Part shown: in pieces, positions 62,007 through 64,000 of the stretch
Layout: every line of letters begins with the position of its first letter
How positions within the stretch are numbered: the first letter of the stretch is position 1
NCBI GenBank assembly: GCA_950097015.1
Contig: CATNEN010000038.1
Location: 8,432,001-8,496,000, forward strand
Direction of reading: 5' to 3'
DNA: 64,000 bases
DNA from: Macrostomum hystrix
Taxonomy: Eukaryota; Animalia; Platyhelminthes
Translations under genes and position numbers: made by a program
The notes under the pieces: generated by a model
What the model saw: only the letters and a program-made list of their open reading frames with translations
The model's database searches: none
What the model was told of the DNA's origin: nothing

Positions 62007-63053
62007 TCAGTGGCAGTTCCAAGGCCAGCTAAGGGCGGCCGCCATCAGCTGGCCGGCCTTCTGTCGAAGCCTCTGCCTCGCGACAATCTGGATGTAGAAT
62101 CCCACCGAGCAGTCCACGGACAGCAGGAACACGCCCAGGTAGTAGAGAACCAGCTGGGCTAGCAGCGACTCGTGCTGGCGGCGGAGCTCCCAGACGAAGC
62201 GGCCCAACTGGCAGACGGCGAACGCCGCCGTCACGGGAATCAGTACCCGCAGGCCGCCCAGGGTGGACGCGGCTCCTGAGGGTGCTCTCCGGAAGTGAAA
62301 CACCCGAGTGGATCCCGGTGGCCGGAAGCTTTCCAGCCGACGAGTCACAGTGACGGCCAGCATGGCGTTGGCAGTCAGGCAGACGACTATCGGCAGCGCA
62401 ACGAGCAGGACGCTCTGCAGCAGAGTGTTTAGGCGAAAATCGAAGTCGGTGAAGTCGAAATAGAGTCGCAGCCGGCAGGCTGTGCGGCTGCCCGCTGACT
62501 GGACCATCAGCTCGGCCTTGGAGATCAGAGCGATTCTGGTCGCGGCTGCCACGGGTAAGAGCAGCAGCAGGGCGCAGGCAGCCCATGGCAGCAGACGGCA
62601 GCCGACGCTGAGCTTCTCTGAGCACTGCGCCAGGCACCAAAGACGGTTCAGCACCGCGCAGCTGGTCAGGCAGAGGCGAGTCGAATCGAGGGCCATCTGC
62701 ACCATCGACAGCGGCGTGTGGACGTGCGCGATGTAAACCATCCAGGAGCTCGGCAAGCCAGTGGCGTAAGCAGCCAGGTGCATCCAGCAGTCGTTGGTGT
62801 GCAGCGCCAGGGTGACGGCGTCAACCCAGGCCAAGGTGCGCATGATGCGCCAGAACAGCAGCTTTTCGCTGCGCAGCAGGCTGACCAGAAGCATATTCCC
62901 GGCTGCGCCAACCAAGAATAGCGCGAGCTGGAGCAGGCACAGACTCGCCATCAGGTAGTCGACGGTCGATGCCGACATGGCCTCGGAGAAGCCGCCGCCG
63001 TCGCCGCCGCCGGTGCAGTTTCCGAGGGCCACGTGGATCCACACTAGGGGCAT
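62007..63053 (-). CDS. Divergent intronless class A (rhodopsin-like) orphan GPCR
   Basis: 348 aa with about seven hydrophobic segments. TM1 GN, TM2 LAWVD, TM3 end NRL (DRY-like), TM5 LP, TM6 FAVCQLG, TM7 DCSVGFYIQ. Confidence 0.75.
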   Translation of the reverse strand: MPLVWIHVALGNCTGGGDGGGFSEAMSASTVDYLMASLCLLQLALFLVGAAGNMLLVSLLRSEKLLFWRIMRTLAWVDAVTLALHTNDCWMHLAAYATGLPSSWMVYIAHVHTPLSMVQMALDSTRLCLTSCAVLNRLWCLAQCSEKLSVGCRLLPWAACALLLLLPVAAATRIALISKAELMVQSAGSRTACRLRLYFDFTDFDFRLNTLLQSVLLVALPIVVCLTANAMLAVTVTRRLESFRPPGSTRVFHFRRAPSGAASTLGGLRVLIPVTAAFAVCQLGRFVWELRRQHESLLAQLVLYYLGVFLLSVDCSVGFYIQIVARQRLRQKAGQLMAAALSWPWNCH

Positions 63054-63589
63054 AGCTTGGTCTTGGAGTCTAGCCTATCCCAACCGCTAAGGGGATGTAG
63101 AGTTAAGCTCTGGGGGTGATTTTATGATACCTGATCTCTTATCTCGAAAGCCACTTTCTGGGCAAAGTTAACAGAGCTTTGCAACCGTTTATCTTCCCGG
63201 CACTGCTCTAATGATTGCCCAGGGCCTTAGCTATTAATAGCGACTCGGGGTGTTAAAATGGGAAACGCAAACACAGGCCACTTAATTTGCTTAGGTCGTT
63301 ATCAACAGCTGGTTAATTGTAGCACAATAATATAATATGTGACAGCACAAAAATATGTCGTCACGCTTGCATCCCAACTAACCACGAGCTAAGACCGAAT
63401 GTCACAGCTGATAGAACTAAATCGATGAGTAACCAAGCAACGACGAACAAATAAACAAAAGAGGAATAAGCGAACCCACAAACAGCGAAAGAGTGAACAA
63501 ACCAAGAAACGAAAAAATGAACTAACGACCAAATAATCAACGGAAAAACGATAGAACAAATAAATCAATACACGATACAACTAGCGAAA

Positions 63590-64000
63590 TAAAGAACGAG
63601 TGAACAAACTAACCAATGAATGAAAGGGCGAGTGAACTAAGGAACCAATGAATGAAAGGGCGAGTGAACTAAGGAACCAATGAATGAAAGAACGAGTGAA
63701 CTAAGGAACCAATGAATGAAAGAACGAGTGAACTAAGGAATCAATGAATGAAAGAACGAGTGAACTAAGGAACCAATGAATGAAAGAACGAGTGAACTAA
63801 GGAACCAATGAATGAAAGAACGAGTGAACTAAGGAATCAATGAATGAAAGAACGAGTGAACTAAGGAACCAATGAATGAAAGAACGAGTGAACTAAGGAA
63901 TCAATGAATGAAAGAACGAGTGAACTAAGGAACCAATGAATGAAAGAACGAGTGAACTAAGGAACCAATGAATGAAAGAACGAGTGAACTAAGGAATCAA
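63590..64000. repeat. 32-bp minisatellite running off the window
   Basis: Unit aatgaatgaaagaacgagtgaactaaggaacc. Confidence 0.92.

Overview
Eukaryotic, intron-rich animal DNA with AT-rich introns, GC-rich exons and many locus-specific minisatellites. This style suggests the flatworm Macrostomum, which is an inference and not shown by the sequence. Genes reconstructed by hand from GT-AG splice sites: a Scribble-family LRR+PDZ gene (minus, at least 16 exons, apparently lacking PDZ2), a UBE2Z-like E2 enzyme, an MTCH-like mitochondrial carrier, an orphan two-TM protein ending in a CaaX box, IMPDH (8 exons, Gly-rich insertion in the flap), a cupin-like gene, a small orphan gene and a divergent intronless GPCR. 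The most unusual feature is a cluster of three co-oriented paralogous type-I membrane proteins at 48.4-56.1 kb. Each has one 6-Cys domain whose spacing matches the single-CRD TNF receptors (BCMA/TACI/Fn14/Grindelwald type). Mobile DNA includes a 5'-truncated RTE-like LINE with a perfect 13-bp TSD, two tRNA-derived SINE families and a MITE. Tandem repeats include a 6.5-kb 32-bp satellite with higher-order structure. No database searches were possible; family calls rest on remembered motifs.
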